Below are positions 49,618 to 59,750 of a stretch of 64,000 nucleotides of DNA, piece by piece. A program made the translations under genes and the position numbers. The DNA is taken from contig CAVYSE010000026.1 in NCBI GenBank assembly GCA_963771075.1, positions 32,001-96,000 of the forward strand, read 5' to 3'. This DNA is from a candidate division FCPU426 bacterium (lineage in GTDB: Bacteria; Oederibacteriota; Muellerivitia; Muellerivitales; Muellerivitaceae). The notes beneath the pieces are model-generated. The model saw only the letters and a program-made list of their open reading frames with translations, was not told the origin of the DNA and did not search any database. Position 1 is the stretch's first letter; every line of letters starts with the position of its first letter.

Positions 49618-51800
49618 CTAAATTCTTTTCAAGCGGAAGAGCGCGCAATGGTAGGCCTCCGGCGAGGAGACGGGCTGGAACGATCGGGGAAGCCAGCCTT
49701 CCTTCATCAGGGTATCGGAATTGAACCTTTTCCCCTCTTCCTTTATCTCATAGTAGGAATCGGGTGCCAGGCCCCGGAGCTTGATCGGTTTCGCCGGGCC
49801 CTCCAAAGCCTTGATCTGGAATATAAAGAGAAGAGCTTCCTTCTGGTCCTGGCTGGTGAACATCCAGGAAGCGCGGGAAGAACCATAGGGCGCCTCCAAA
49901 CGATGGTAGTCACCGAACTGGACGATGGGCCGGATTTCCTTGTAAAGGGCGATATAGCCCGCCAGGTCCTCGCGCTCCCGAACGCTCCACTTGGAAATAT
50001 CCGCTTCCACGCCCATGTTAGCCGACATGGCTAAAAGCGCCCTCCATTTCAGGGGGCTTTCCCTTTTGGCGATATGGCTGGGGGAGGAGCCGATATGGGA
50101 ACCCTGGGTTACGGCGGGATAACCGTAGGTGGTGCCGTATTGGATGAAGAGCCGGTCCAGCCCATCCATGTTGTCCGAGGACCAGATCTGGGGCTGGTAG
50201 CTCAGGATTCCCAGGTCAAAACGGGCGCCTCCTCCCGCGCAACCCTCGAAGAGGGTGTCGGGAAAACGGTGGTTGAAGCGTTCCATCAACTCGTAGACAC
50301 CCAGGCAATAGCGGTGGTAAACCTCGCCCTGGCGGCCGGGGGGAGCGCGGGGCTGCCCGCCTCGGTGAGGGCCCGGTTCATGTCCCATTTCACGTAATCC
50401 ACGCGCCCCTCGTCCAGGACCCGGCTGATGGTCTCGAAGAGATAGTCCCGGACCTCCCCGCGGGACATGTCCAACACCAACTGCCAACGGGCGGTTTTGC
50501 GCTCCCGGTTCGGGACGTGCAGGCACCAATCGGGGTGCTTTTCGTAGAGCTCGCTCACCGGCGAGACCATTTCGGGCTCGATCCAAAGGCCGAACTTGAG
50601 GCCCAAGGCGTGGATCTCCCGGGCCAGACCCTGGATGCCCTGGGGCAATTTACGGGTGTCGGGAAACCAGTCCCCCAAAGAGCCGCTGTCCTTGTCCCTC
50701 TTGCCGAACCAACCGTCGTCCAGAACCATCATCTCGATTCCGGCCTGGACGGCGCTTTGGGCGATCCGCAGGATATCGTCCCGATTGAAATTGAAATAGG
50801 TAGCTTCCCAATTGTTCAAAAGGGTGGGGCGGGTCCGGGCGGCCCAATTACCCCGGCAAACGCGCTCCCGGATGAAGGGATGCAGGGCCTGGCTCAAGGG
50901 CGCGAAGCCCTTCGCCGAATAGGTGGTGACGCATTCGGGCGCGGTGAAGGTTTCCCCCGGCCCCAAGAACCACTTGAAGCCGAAATCGTTCAAGCCCATG
51001 TTCAGCCTCAGCCAGCCCAGGTGATTGACCTCGGCTTCCAACAGCCAGTTGCCGCTATAGGCCAGTTGGAGGCCGTAAACCTCGCCGCTTTCCTCGTCCG
51101 CCCCGCCGCGGACCAACATTACGAAGGGGTTCATGTCATGGGAAGAGATGCCCCGGCGGCTTTCCAAGCGCAGGGTGCCTTGGAGGAGGGGTCGTTCCTG
51201 AAGCGTGCGTTCGCGGGCCCAGGCGCCGCCAAAGCTCACCATGCGGTATTCACCGGAGGGAAGGTCCAAACCCAGGGAAGCGAACTTCAAAACTTGAATG
51301 GATTGGTTCCCAGAATTCCGGATCCTGCTCCTGCGGACGAGGACATTGCGGTGGGGATAGAGGGTGTAGAAAAGGTCGATTTCCAGGCCGGTGGGCTTGT
51401 CGCCCAGGGTGACGCGCAGGGTTTGGGCCTTGTCTTCCGGCTCGGTGCGGGAAGAGGGGAGGCCGGGGAATTCCGGCTTGTGATCGGAGATATCGTGGGA
51501 GAGGTATTGGAATTCGGTGATCCGGGAACCGTCCGCCAATTCCACGATGAAAGCGGGACAGCGCAGGTCGTTATGGCCGAAATCGGCGAATTCCCGCCGA
51601 AGAAGGTCCAGGTTGGCGTTGGGACTGCGGTCTTGAATGGACCGCTCCCATTCCTCCAGCCGTTGATTTTCCTCAGCGTTGGAAAGGATGGCTCCCCAAT
51701 GGAGGTGGCCCAGCCCGCCCAAGGGGTTGACGGCGAGGAGAAGGGTCGAATCCCTTGAGTCCAACCGGAAGGTCTGGGAGGCGGCATTGAATTGGATCAT
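49618..51800 (-). CDS. Alpha-galactosidase GH36, split by a frameshift at the G run 50338-50343
   Basis: NNWEATYF, LDDGWFG, FGLWIEPEM, YVKWDMNR in ORF 50286..51800; FEGCAGGGARFD, WSSDN in ORF 49618..50586. Confidence 0.9.
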
Positions 51801-51904
51801 GAAAACTCCAAGGGAACTTGTTTCGCGGGAGTGAATCCGTATTGTACGAGCTCCCTGATTTTAAGGCGCCCGAGACTTTAAGTTACCAGAAAAGACGGGC
51901 GGAA

Positions 51905-51918
51905 TTAAATCGTTTTAG
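51905..51918. promoter_or_regulatory. Putative LacI operator TTAAATCGTTTTAG
   Basis: Matches sites at 54495 and 59713; central CG. Confidence 0.55.
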
Positions 51919-51971
51919 TTAAATTCGGGTATAATCCTGCCGACTCATTTTATCCGGGGCTGGAGGTATCG

Positions 51972-53276
51972 ATGAAACATCGTTTAGGAATCCTGGCTTG
52001 TTTGAGCTTGTTACTGGCGGCAGGCCTGGCAATGGGGCCGTTCCTGTCGGGCTGCGCCCATAACGGGAATAACCAGGGCGTGGTTCTCACCTGCATGGGT
52101 TGGGGCGGCGTGGAGGAGGCCAAGATCGTCCAGGCCGCGGTGGATGATTTCAAAAAGGCCCACCCCGGTGTCGAGGTCCAGCTCCAAAGGGCGCCCTACG
52201 GGGAATATATCCCCAAACTCCTGACCGAATTCGCCGCTGGGCTCGCCCCCGACGTGATCGCCATCAACGCCGAACAAATGATCACCTTTTCCTCCCGGGG
52301 AGTGTTCACGGACCTGAAGCCGTACGTGGATAAGGATCCGTCCGTTCAATTGACCGACTTTTACCCCGAGTCCATTGACCATTACACGACCGGGGGCATC
52401 CTGACCGCGATCCCGAGGGATATCGCCCCCGTCGCGGTGATCTATTACAACAAGAACATGTTCGACGCGGCGGGACTGCCCTACCCCAAGGACAATTGGA
52501 CCTACGACCAGTTCGCCCTGACCGCGCAGAAACTGACCCAAAAGAATGCCCAAGGCAAGACGGTCCAGTGGGGTTTCGTGGACGACTACCCCACCTGGGA
52601 CGCCTGGGTCTACGCGTTCGGGGGGGGCATGGCGGATAACGAGAAAACACCCACCCGGTGCGTCCTCGACTCGCCGGAGGCCATCGCGGGCGTCCAATTC
52701 CGCGCGGACCTCATTTACAAGTACGGATGTACTCCCGGCCCCAGCGCCTCCACCGCGATGGGAGGATTGGGGTTCTCGGACTATTTCATCAACGGCCAGA
52801 CGGCCATGTTCTACAGCGGTATTTGGTTGACGCCCAAGTTCCGCGAGATCAAGAAGTTCGATTGGGACGTGGTGGAGTTTCCCGTCGGCCCCAACGGCCA
52901 CCGGGGGTTCCCCCTCAGCGCCACGGGGTACGGGATCGTCAAGAACTGCAAGCACCCGGAATTGGCTTATGATTTGGTCAAATACCTGGCGGGGGAAGTC
53001 GGCGAGAAATACATGGCCTCCACCGGTTTGACCCAGCCGGCGATTAAGGCCCTGGCCCAATCCCCGGTTTTCCTGGATGGGCAAACCCCCAAGTCGAAGG
53101 GATTCCTGGTGGACGCGGTAAAGGACGGCCATTTCCAGCCGCTGGACCCCAATGTCAGCGAGTGGAAATCCCACGTGGACGCGGCCCTGGACCGCGTTTG
53201 GAACGGCGAGGAGAAGGCGGACACGGCCTTGAAGAAAGCCGTGGCGGAGATCAACAAAAACTTTTTTAAGAAGTAA
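51972..53276 (+). CDS. Sugar ABC transporter substrate-binding lipoprotein
   Basis: Lipobox LSGC; APDVI, YYNKNMFDAAGLPYP; paralogue of 9871..11160. Confidence 0.9.
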   Translation: MKHRLGILACLSLLLAAGLAMGPFLSGCAHNGNNQGVVLTCMGWGGVEEAKIVQAAVDDFKKAHPGVEVQLQRAPYGEYIPKLLTEFAAGLAPDVIAINAEQMITFSSRGVFTDLKPYVDKDPSVQLTDFYPESIDHYTTGGILTAIPRDIAPVAVIYYNKNMFDAAGLPYPKDNWTYDQFALTAQKLTQKNAQGKTVQWGFVDDYPTWDAWVYAFGGGMADNEKTPTRCVLDSPEAIAGVQFRADLIYKYGCTPGPSASTAMGGLGFSDYFINGQTAMFYSGIWLTPKFREIKKFDWDVVEFPVGPNGHRGFPLSATGYGIVKNCKHPELAYDLVKYLAGEVGEKYMASTGLTQPAIKALAQSPVFLDGQTPKSKGFLVDAVKDGHFQPLDPNVSEWKSHVDAALDRVWNGEEKADTALKKAVAEINKNFFKK

Positions 53277-53448
53277 CTCGACTTTGGCAATTCTGCGGAT
53301 TACAGCCTGTTTCCCCCTCTGAAAGAGGGGGAACAAGGGGGAGTTAGCCTTTTAGTCCATGTTAGCAACGGCTAATACCCCCCTGCCCCCCTTTTTCAAA
53401 GGGGGAAGATAGTCCGCGACTAGCTTTTTGGAATTTGCCAAAGTTGAG
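53277..53448. repeat. REPIN/MITE-like nested palindromic element
   Basis: Outer IR CTCGACTTTGGCAA / TTGCCAAAGTTGAG around CCCCCTCTGAAAGAGGGGG and CCCCCTTTTTCAAAGGGGG hairpins. Confidence 0.65.
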
Positions 53449-53457
53449 AAGTGACAT

Positions 53458-53498
53458 AAAAAGACCCCGGCTCTCGAATGGCCGAGGTCTTTTTTTTA
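53458..53498. terminator. Bidirectional intrinsic terminator
   Basis: AAAAAGACCCCGGC-N7-GCCGAGGTCTTTTTTTT between convergent genes. Confidence 0.8.
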
Positions 53499-53512
53499 CA
53501 GGGTATTTTGGA

Positions 53513-54439
53513 TCAGTAGCTGTTCTTCTTGATGAACCTCACGACTTCCCCAAAGTCGGCGGTGGCCAGGCAGACGCAGGTGTCGGCCGCGCCGTAGTAG
53601 ACATCCAACCGGTTGGTCTTCCCGTCTAGGATAGCCGCGGTGGGGAACACCACGTTGGGCACGAACCCCGCCGTCTCATAAAGTTCGGTGGGGGCCATGA
53701 GGTAGCGTTTCGTACGGTATTTAACCTTCCAGGGCTCGTTCAGGTCCAAAATGGCCCCGCCCATCGAATAAACGAATCCGTTGCAGGTCGTGTGCACCCC
53801 GTGATAGATCACCACCCAACCGTCCTTGGTCTCAATGGGGGTCGGACCCGCGCCGACCTTGGTCATCTGCCAGCCGCTGGTGGCGCCGAACACGAACTCG
53901 TGATTGCCCCAGTTGACCAGGTCCGGGCTGGTGGCGTAAAAGACGTCGCCGAAGCGCGTGTGACCGTTGTCCGAGGGGCGGTGCAGGAGGGCGAACTTTC
54001 CCTTGATCTTGCGGGGGAAAAGGACCGCGTTGCGGTTATAGGGGAGAAGGATCGTCGAAACCTGGGTGAACTTCTTGAAATCCTTGGTCGTGGCCAGCCC
54101 GATGGAAGGCCCGGGGGTGGGGTAGTAGCACCAGGTGATGTAAAAGGTGTCCCCGATGCGGGTGATGCGGGGGTCGTAGCCCATGCCACAGGGAATATCC
54201 TTGGGGACCGCGCCGGTCAGCTTCATCCGTTCCGGCTGGATGTCCCAATGCAGGGCATCCTTGCTGAACCCCACGTGCAGCTGCTGGGTCATCTCCTGGT
54301 TGTCCGCGCGGAAAACCCCGGCGAACCCGTCCTTAAACTTGACCACCGCGCTGTTCATGATGACGTGGGCGCCGGGTATGGCCTCGGCGGTGATGATCGG
54401 ATTTTGCGCGTAGCGTTTGAATACGGTTTCGTTAGCCAA
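53513..54439 (-). CDS. GH130 beta-mannoside phosphorylase (beta-1,4-mannooligosaccharide phosphorylase-like)
   Basis: NSAVV...FAGVFRAD, YDPR, NRNAVLFP, HRPSDNGHT, YHGV, VPNVVFP, YYGAADT. Confidence 0.92.
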   Translation of the reverse strand: MANETVFKRYAQNPIITAEAIPGAHVIMNSAVVKFKDGFAGVFRADNQEMTQQLHVGFSKDALHWDIQPERMKLTGAVPKDIPCGMGYDPRITRIGDTFYITWCYYPTPGPSIGLATTKDFKKFTQVSTILLPYNRNAVLFPRKIKGKFALLHRPSDNGHTRFGDVFYATSPDLVNWGNHEFVFGATSGWQMTKVGAGPTPIETKDGWVVIYHGVHTTCNGFVYSMGGAILDLNEPWKVKYRTKRYLMAPTELYETAGFVPNVVFPTAAILDGKTNRLDVYYGAADTCVCLATADFGEVVRFIKKNSY

Positions 54440-54494
54440 ATGATTCCTCCAAGGGGAAGGACCCCGGACAAGGGGGCCGAAGTTTCAAAATCGA

Positions 54495-54508
54495 CTAAAA
54501 GGTTTTAA
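54495..54508. promoter_or_regulatory. Putative LacI operator CTAAAAGGTTTTAA
   Basis: Between divergent GH130 and GH2; resembles the 51905 and 59713 sites. Confidence 0.55.
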
Positions 54509-54609
54509 CATTTTAGTAGCAAATCTTGAAAAACAAAGAAAATAGAACAAGCACCCCGGGATAAAGGCTGGTCTCAGCCCGCACACCCGATTAACATAAA
54601 CCCTTCTCC

Positions 54610-57213
54610 ATGAGAAAAGGGAGCTCAAACCAAGTGCCAAAACAGAACCTGGATGGAGCCTGGGAGTTCCGCGCGGCGGCACCCCTGGCCCCCAAGACTC
54701 CCCGAACCCTCCTCCTGAACCGATGGATGAAAGCCCGGATGCCGGGAACGATCCACTATCACCTCCAAAGACTTGGGAAAATACCCGATCCCTTTTACGC
54801 GCGTAATGAATTGGACCTGCAGTGGGTGGACCAACAGGATTGGGAAATCCGGAAATACATCCATGTTAAAGCGGAAGACTGCGCCAAGCCCCGGCGGGAG
54901 CTGATCTTCGATGGCATCGATACGGTCGCCGAGATTTTCCTGAACGACAGGAAAATAGGCCGGACGGCCAATATGTTCCGCCAGGTCGTTTGCGAGGCGG
55001 GAGGCTCCCTTCGCCCGGGAAAAAATGAAATCCGCGTCCTTTTCAAGAGCCCCACGGTTTACGCCCGCGCCCAGGCAAGGCATTACCGCTACCGGGTCGA
55101 TACGGACAAGGAATTTAAATGGGAAACGGGGGAAACCCGGGAAACCCGCCGCTCCTGGATCCGAAAGGTCCAGTGCCATTTCGGCTGGGATTGGGGGCTT
55201 TACCTGGCGGTCTGCGGCCTTTGGCTTTCCGCTCGGTTGGAATGCTCCGACCTTCCCCGAATTGCCGCCGTCCAAGTCCGACAAAAACACGAGGGGCCGG
55301 TTGGAAAGCCCCGCCGGGTCCGGCTTTTCGTGAAAGCCGTCCTGGAATCCCCGGTTCCTTCCGAGGGGGTTTTGCGCGTCCGATGTGGAGGGCGGGAAGC
55401 CAAAGCCGAACTCCGGCTGTCGCCGGGTGAGAATAGCATCGAACAAACCCTGGAACTGGATTCGCCTGATCTTTGGTGGCCCGCGGGCCAGGGAAAGCAG
55501 ACGCTCTATCCCCTTCAAACGGTTTGGGAGGGCCGGTCGGGCGAAACGACCGAGATGGAAAAAAAGATCGGTTTGAGGACCCTGGAACTGATCCAAAAGC
55601 CGGACCGGTCGGGCGAGGCTTTTTATTTCAAGGTCAATGGCCGGCCCCTTTTCATGAAGGGCGCCAACTGGATCCCCCCCGATGCCCTGGTGGACCGTTG
55701 TACTCCCGGACTTTACCGCCACCTGCTGGGTTCCATGGTGGAAGCACACATGAATATGGTTCGTGTTTGGGGTGGGGGGTGGTACGAGCAGGATGTTTTT
55801 TACGGCCTGTGCGACGAGTTGGGATTGCTGGTCTGGCAGGATTTCATGATGGCTTGTGCGGTCTACCCCGACACAAGGGAGTTCATCCATGAACTCACGC
55901 AGGAGGCCCGATACCAGGTCCGACGCCTTTCCAGCCACCCCTGCCTGGCCCTCTGGTGCGGGGATAACGAGAACCTAGCGGGTTTGCGCCATTGGTGGAA
56001 AGCCGGCGCCAAGGGCCGGAAAACCTACACCGCGATTTACCGCAAGGTGATGGGCGCCTTGCGGAGGACCTGCGAGTCGGAGGACCCTACGCGCCGGTTC
56101 TGGATCTCCAGCCCCTCCAACGGGACCACCCGGGGCGAACCGGACGATCCCCACCGGGGCGACGTGCACTACTGGAAGGTTTGGCACGGAGGCAAGCCCT
56201 TCGAGGACTACCTGACCGTCAAACCCCGGTTCGCCTCCGAGTTCGGGTTCCAATCCTTTCCTGAGATCGCCACCCTGGCGCCCGTGATTCCACCGGAAGA
56301 ATGGAATTCCTCCAGCTGGGTCATGGAACACCACCAAAGGTCATACCGGGGGAACCTGCTGATCACCAATACGCTGGCGCGGGAATTGCCGATCCCGAAG
56401 GATTTTGAGAGCTTTTGCCTAGCTTCCCAGGTTAACCAGGCCTTGGCCATCCGCACCGCGGTGGAACATTGGCGGCGCTTGAAGCCCCACTGCATGGGAA
56501 CCCTCTACTGGCAGTTGAACGACCTTTGGCCGGTCGCTTCCTGGAGTTCCATCGATTACCGGGGGCGGTGGAAAGTGTTGCACCACATGGCTGAACGGTT
56601 TTTCGCGCCTCTGCTGGTTTCACTGGATACTTCCGGCGGGGAGGCGGCTGTTTGGGCCACCAGCGACCTTCCCCATGGCCTCAACCTTCACGGGGAATTG
56701 GAACTGCTGACTTGGAAAGGGAAAACCCTGCGCCGATTGCCCTTGCGCGGCCGGTTGAGGGCGGGGGAAAGCCGCAGGCTTTTGAAAATCCCCGTCCATC
56801 GCCTATTAAAGGAAGGAACGCACCCCCGGGAGGTTTTACTATTTGTCCGCCTGGGGGATGGAAAGATCAAGGCGGAAAACCACGCCCTCCTGGTTCCGTG
56901 GAAGTGGGCGCCCCAAACCAAGCCCCGATTAAAAGTTTTCCTTGAGCCCCGTCCGGCGGGATGGGAACTTTGGGTTCGAACGGACCGGGTGACCCCCTTC
57001 TTTCATGCTTCCCTGGAGGGTTGGGAAGGCCACTTTTCCGGAGATTTCCAAGTCCTCAGGCCGGGTCGAACCTATGTTTTTCCATGGATACCCCATTTCC
57101 CGGAAGGGAAGCCCTTGCCACCCTTGTTGGAAGCCCGCCAACGTTTGCGAACCCTGAGCTTTTACGATCTTTTCGATCATTTCCATCCTGATCACCCCAA
57201 AGGGTCTCCCTGA
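54610..57213 (+). CDS. Beta-mannosidase, GH2
   Basis: FDGIDT, HFGWDWG, KGANWIP, RVWGGG, WCGDNE, SEFGFQS, YWQLNDLWP. Confidence 0.93.
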   Translation: MRKGSSNQVPKQNLDGAWEFRAAAPLAPKTPRTLLLNRWMKARMPGTIHYHLQRLGKIPDPFYARNELDLQWVDQQDWEIRKYIHVKAEDCAKPRRELIFDGIDTVAEIFLNDRKIGRTANMFRQVVCEAGGSLRPGKNEIRVLFKSPTVYARAQARHYRYRVDTDKEFKWETGETRETRRSWIRKVQCHFGWDWGLYLAVCGLWLSARLECSDLPRIAAVQVRQKHEGPVGKPRRVRLFVKAVLESPVPSEGVLRVRCGGREAKAELRLSPGENSIEQTLELDSPDLWWPAGQGKQTLYPLQTVWEGRSGETTEMEKKIGLRTLELIQKPDRSGEAFYFKVNGRPLFMKGANWIPPDALVDRCTPGLYRHLLGSMVEAHMNMVRVWGGGWYEQDVFYGLCDELGLLVWQDFMMACAVYPDTREFIHELTQEARYQVRRLSSHPCLALWCGDNENLAGLRHWWKAGAKGRKTYTAIYRKVMGALRRTCESEDPTRRFWISSPSNGTTRGEPDDPHRGDVHYWKVWHGGKPFEDYLTVKPRFASEFGFQSFPEIATLAPVIPPEEWNSSSWVMEHHQRSYRGNLLITNTLARELPIPKDFESFCLASQVNQALAIRTAVEHWRRLKPHCMGTLYWQLNDLWPVASWSSIDYRGRWKVLHHMAERFFAPLLVSLDTSGGEAAVWATSDLPHGLNLHGELELLTWKGKTLRRLPLRGRLRAGESRRLLKIPVHRLLKEGTHPREVLLFVRLGDGKIKAENHALLVPWKWAPQTKPRLKVFLEPRPAGWELWVRTDRVTPFFHASLEGWEGHFSGDFQVLRPGRTYVFPWIPHFPEGKPLPPLLEARQRLRTLSFYDLFDHFHPDHPKGSP

Positions 57214-57302
57214 GTTTAAACCGATTGCATTTTCTTTTTGATTTTGCTGTTTCAAAGTGAATAATTAGGCCCTGCGCCTTACTTTAAGAAAAAAATTGGA
57301 GG

Positions 57303-58388
57303 TTGCCTTTGTCCCCTGCCCCGTTGAACCAACCGGAGAAAATGGAAAGGCTGGATCCGTCCGATATGCTGGGAAAGGTGGTCAGTCTGCCGGGCCAGTT
57401 TTTGGACGCCCGCCGACGGGCCCAAGGCGGTCCCGCTTCGCGTTATCGTCCAAGGGGGATCCGGCAGGTGCTGGTGGCGGGTTTGGGGGGATCGGCCATC
57501 GGCGGGGACCTGTTGAAAGGGCTGACTTGGAAGAGCGCGTCTTTTTCCGTGGCGGTGAACCGCCATTATGATCTGCCCCGTTGGGCCGGTAAAGACACCT
57601 TGGTCGTATGTTCCAGCTATTCAGGCAACACCGAAGAAACACTTTCGGTGTTTCGCCAAACGCTCAAACGAAAACTCCCCCTGCTGGTCGTTTCCACCGG
57701 GGGTGAGCTTCTTCACCAGGCAAGGAAAAGAGGCCTGCCTTATTTAGCGCCTCCCGGCGGTCTACCGCCCCGGTCGGCCCTGGGTTATTCCTTCATCACC
57801 CTCATGACCGCCCTGGAATCCATGGGCTTGATCGAATCCCAGGAAAAAGCATTTATCGAGACAGTGGAGTGGATGAACCGGCTCGCGGCGGGATATGGCC
57901 CCTATTCGCCCCTTGCCAACAACCCCGCCAAGCGCCTGGCCCGGTTTCTTCACCGGAAACTGCCGGTGATCTATGCGGGTCAGGACCACCTTGAAAGCGT
58001 GGGGATGCGCTGGAAATGCCAGATCAACGAGAACGCAAAGCAAGTTTGCCTCAGCGGAGTGATCCCCGAGATGAACCATAATGAGGTGCTGGGCTATTCC
58101 TTTCCGGAAAGCCTCACCAAGGGGTCGGCGGTAGTCCTTTTGAGGCAGCCCAAAGGGGACCATCCCCAGATAGCGCGTCGTTTCGACATCCTTGAGGGCA
58201 TCCTGAAAAAACGGACCGCTGGGGTTTTATCGGCGGAACCACTCGGCAAGAGCCTATTGTGCCAGATGATGACCCTGGTCTATTTGGGCGATTTTGTGAG
58301 CGTGTACCTGGCCTATTTGAGGGGTGTGGATCCCACCCCCATCGCATTGATCGACCAATTCAAGAAAAACTTGTCGAAAAAGGCTTAA
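57303..58388 (+). CDS. Bifunctional phosphoglucose/phosphomannose isomerase (SIS fold)
   Basis: GLGGSAIGG, SYSGNTEET, PPRSA, QINENAK, PEMNHNE. Confidence 0.92.
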   Translation: MPLSPAPLNQPEKMERLDPSDMLGKVVSLPGQFLDARRRAQGGPASRYRPRGIRQVLVAGLGGSAIGGDLLKGLTWKSASFSVAVNRHYDLPRWAGKDTLVVCSSYSGNTEETLSVFRQTLKRKLPLLVVSTGGELLHQARKRGLPYLAPPGGLPPRSALGYSFITLMTALESMGLIESQEKAFIETVEWMNRLAAGYGPYSPLANNPAKRLARFLHRKLPVIYAGQDHLESVGMRWKCQINENAKQVCLSGVIPEMNHNEVLGYSFPESLTKGSAVVLLRQPKGDHPQIARRFDILEGILKKRTAGVLSAEPLGKSLLCQMMTLVYLGDFVSVYLAYLRGVDPTPIALIDQFKKNLSKKA

Positions 58389-58440
58389 AAACGAAATCAT
58401 TCACATCAAAGGTGCGGAAAAGGGACGGAAATATTAAAGG

Positions 58441-58533
58441 GAACTATGCACTTGGCAAAGCTTGCCAGTAAACCTTCGCCCTCTCCCTCAAGGGGAGAGG
58501 GTTTGCTTTTAAGTTATGCCAAGTGCATAGTTC
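58441..58533. repeat. REPIN/MITE-like palindromic element
   Basis: Perfect 17-bp IR GAACTATGCACTTGGCA / TGCCAAGTGCATAGTTC around CCCTCTCCC-TCAAG-GGGAGAGGG. Confidence 0.7.
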
Positions 58534-58588
58534 TGAAAAAATTCATCGCGCCTTTGCGGTATTGGTTTATTGATTTTCAGGAGAATAA

Positions 58589-59629
58589 ATGAGAAACGTC
58601 ACGATCAAGGATGTAGCCAAGGCGGCTGGCGTGTCTATTACCACCGTTTCCTTCGTGCTAAACCGCCGGCCGGATATGGTGATCAGCCAGGCGGTCCAGC
58701 GCAAGGTGATGGCGGCGGCGGAAAAACTGGATTACCATCCCAGCGCCCTGGCGGCGGGCCTGGCGGGGAAAAGGACGCGGAACCTGGGCGTGATCTTTTA
58801 CCTGGAGGACCAGGTTATCGCCAACCTGTTCTATTCGTTCATCATCGAGGGAATCGTCAAGGAAACCCTCCTGAAGGGTTTCAATATCTACTTTTCGTAC
58901 GTGGAGTCCATTTACAAGGGTTACCCCAGCCTTCCCAAGATCGTGAGGGAAAAGAACGTGGACGGGATCTTGGTGATCGGGCCCTGCGACCCCAAAATGG
59001 CGGCTGATACCCGGAAGCGGAAAATTCCACTCGTGGCGATCGATAATTTCCCGGACCTGAAGGGGGTTGATTCTGTCCAAATCGAGAATCGCAAGGGTGG
59101 CACCCTGGCGGTGGAGCATCTCGCCAGGCTGGGCCATAAACAGATCGGAATTTTAGCGGGTGCTTTGGACCGGCCCAGCATCCGCGAGCGCCTGGCGGGG
59201 TGGAAATCCTCGCTGGTGAAAAACGGGATCGATCCCTCGAACGACCTTGTTTTCAAGGCCGACCAACTGACCTTTTGGGAGGGCTACAGTAGGGCGAAGG
59301 AGATATTGACCCGCCGAAAGGACTTAACGGCCCTCTTTTGCGTGAACGACGAGATGTCGGCGGGGGTCCTTCGGGCGGCCCGCGAATTGGGAAGAAGGGT
59401 TCCCCATGACCTGAGCGTGGTGGGCTTCGACAACATCACCATGAGCAACTATACCGACCCGCCCTTGACCACGATCAGTGTGGCCAAGGAATACATGGGA
59501 AAATTGGCGGTCAACCGGGTTCTGCAGTTGATTGATGGCGTGGACCCGGAACCTGTTCGATTGGAAGCTCCCGTCGAGTTGGTCATCCGGGAATCGACTG
59601 CCAAGCCATCCTCCCGCTCGAAAGTTTAA
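58589..59629 (+). CDS. LacI-family repressor
   Basis: TIKDVAKAAGVSITTVSFVLN; VPHDLSVVGFD; PPLTTI. Confidence 0.95.
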   Translation: MRNVTIKDVAKAAGVSITTVSFVLNRRPDMVISQAVQRKVMAAAEKLDYHPSALAAGLAGKRTRNLGVIFYLEDQVIANLFYSFIIEGIVKETLLKGFNIYFSYVESIYKGYPSLPKIVREKNVDGILVIGPCDPKMAADTRKRKIPLVAIDNFPDLKGVDSVQIENRKGGTLAVEHLARLGHKQIGILAGALDRPSIRERLAGWKSSLVKNGIDPSNDLVFKADQLTFWEGYSRAKEILTRRKDLTALFCVNDEMSAGVLRAARELGRRVPHDLSVVGFDNITMSNYTDPPLTTISVAKEYMGKLAVNRVLQLIDGVDPEPVRLEAPVELVIRESTAKPSSRSKV

Positions 59630-59712
59630 GCGGAAATAAAATTGCGCGGGTGGGGTCGGAACCGGTACAAAAGGCAAAGATTGACAGGGTCCGCTTTTGG
59701 ATGATAGCCTTG

Positions 59713-59726
59713 TTAAAACGCTTTAA
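59713..59726 (+). promoter_or_regulatory. Putative LacI operator TTAAAACGCTTTAA just downstream of a TTGACA -35 element
   Basis: Near-palindrome with central CG upstream of the lipoprotein-barrel operon. Confidence 0.6.
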
Positions 59727-59750
59727 TGATTCCCTGAAAATTAATGTTAA

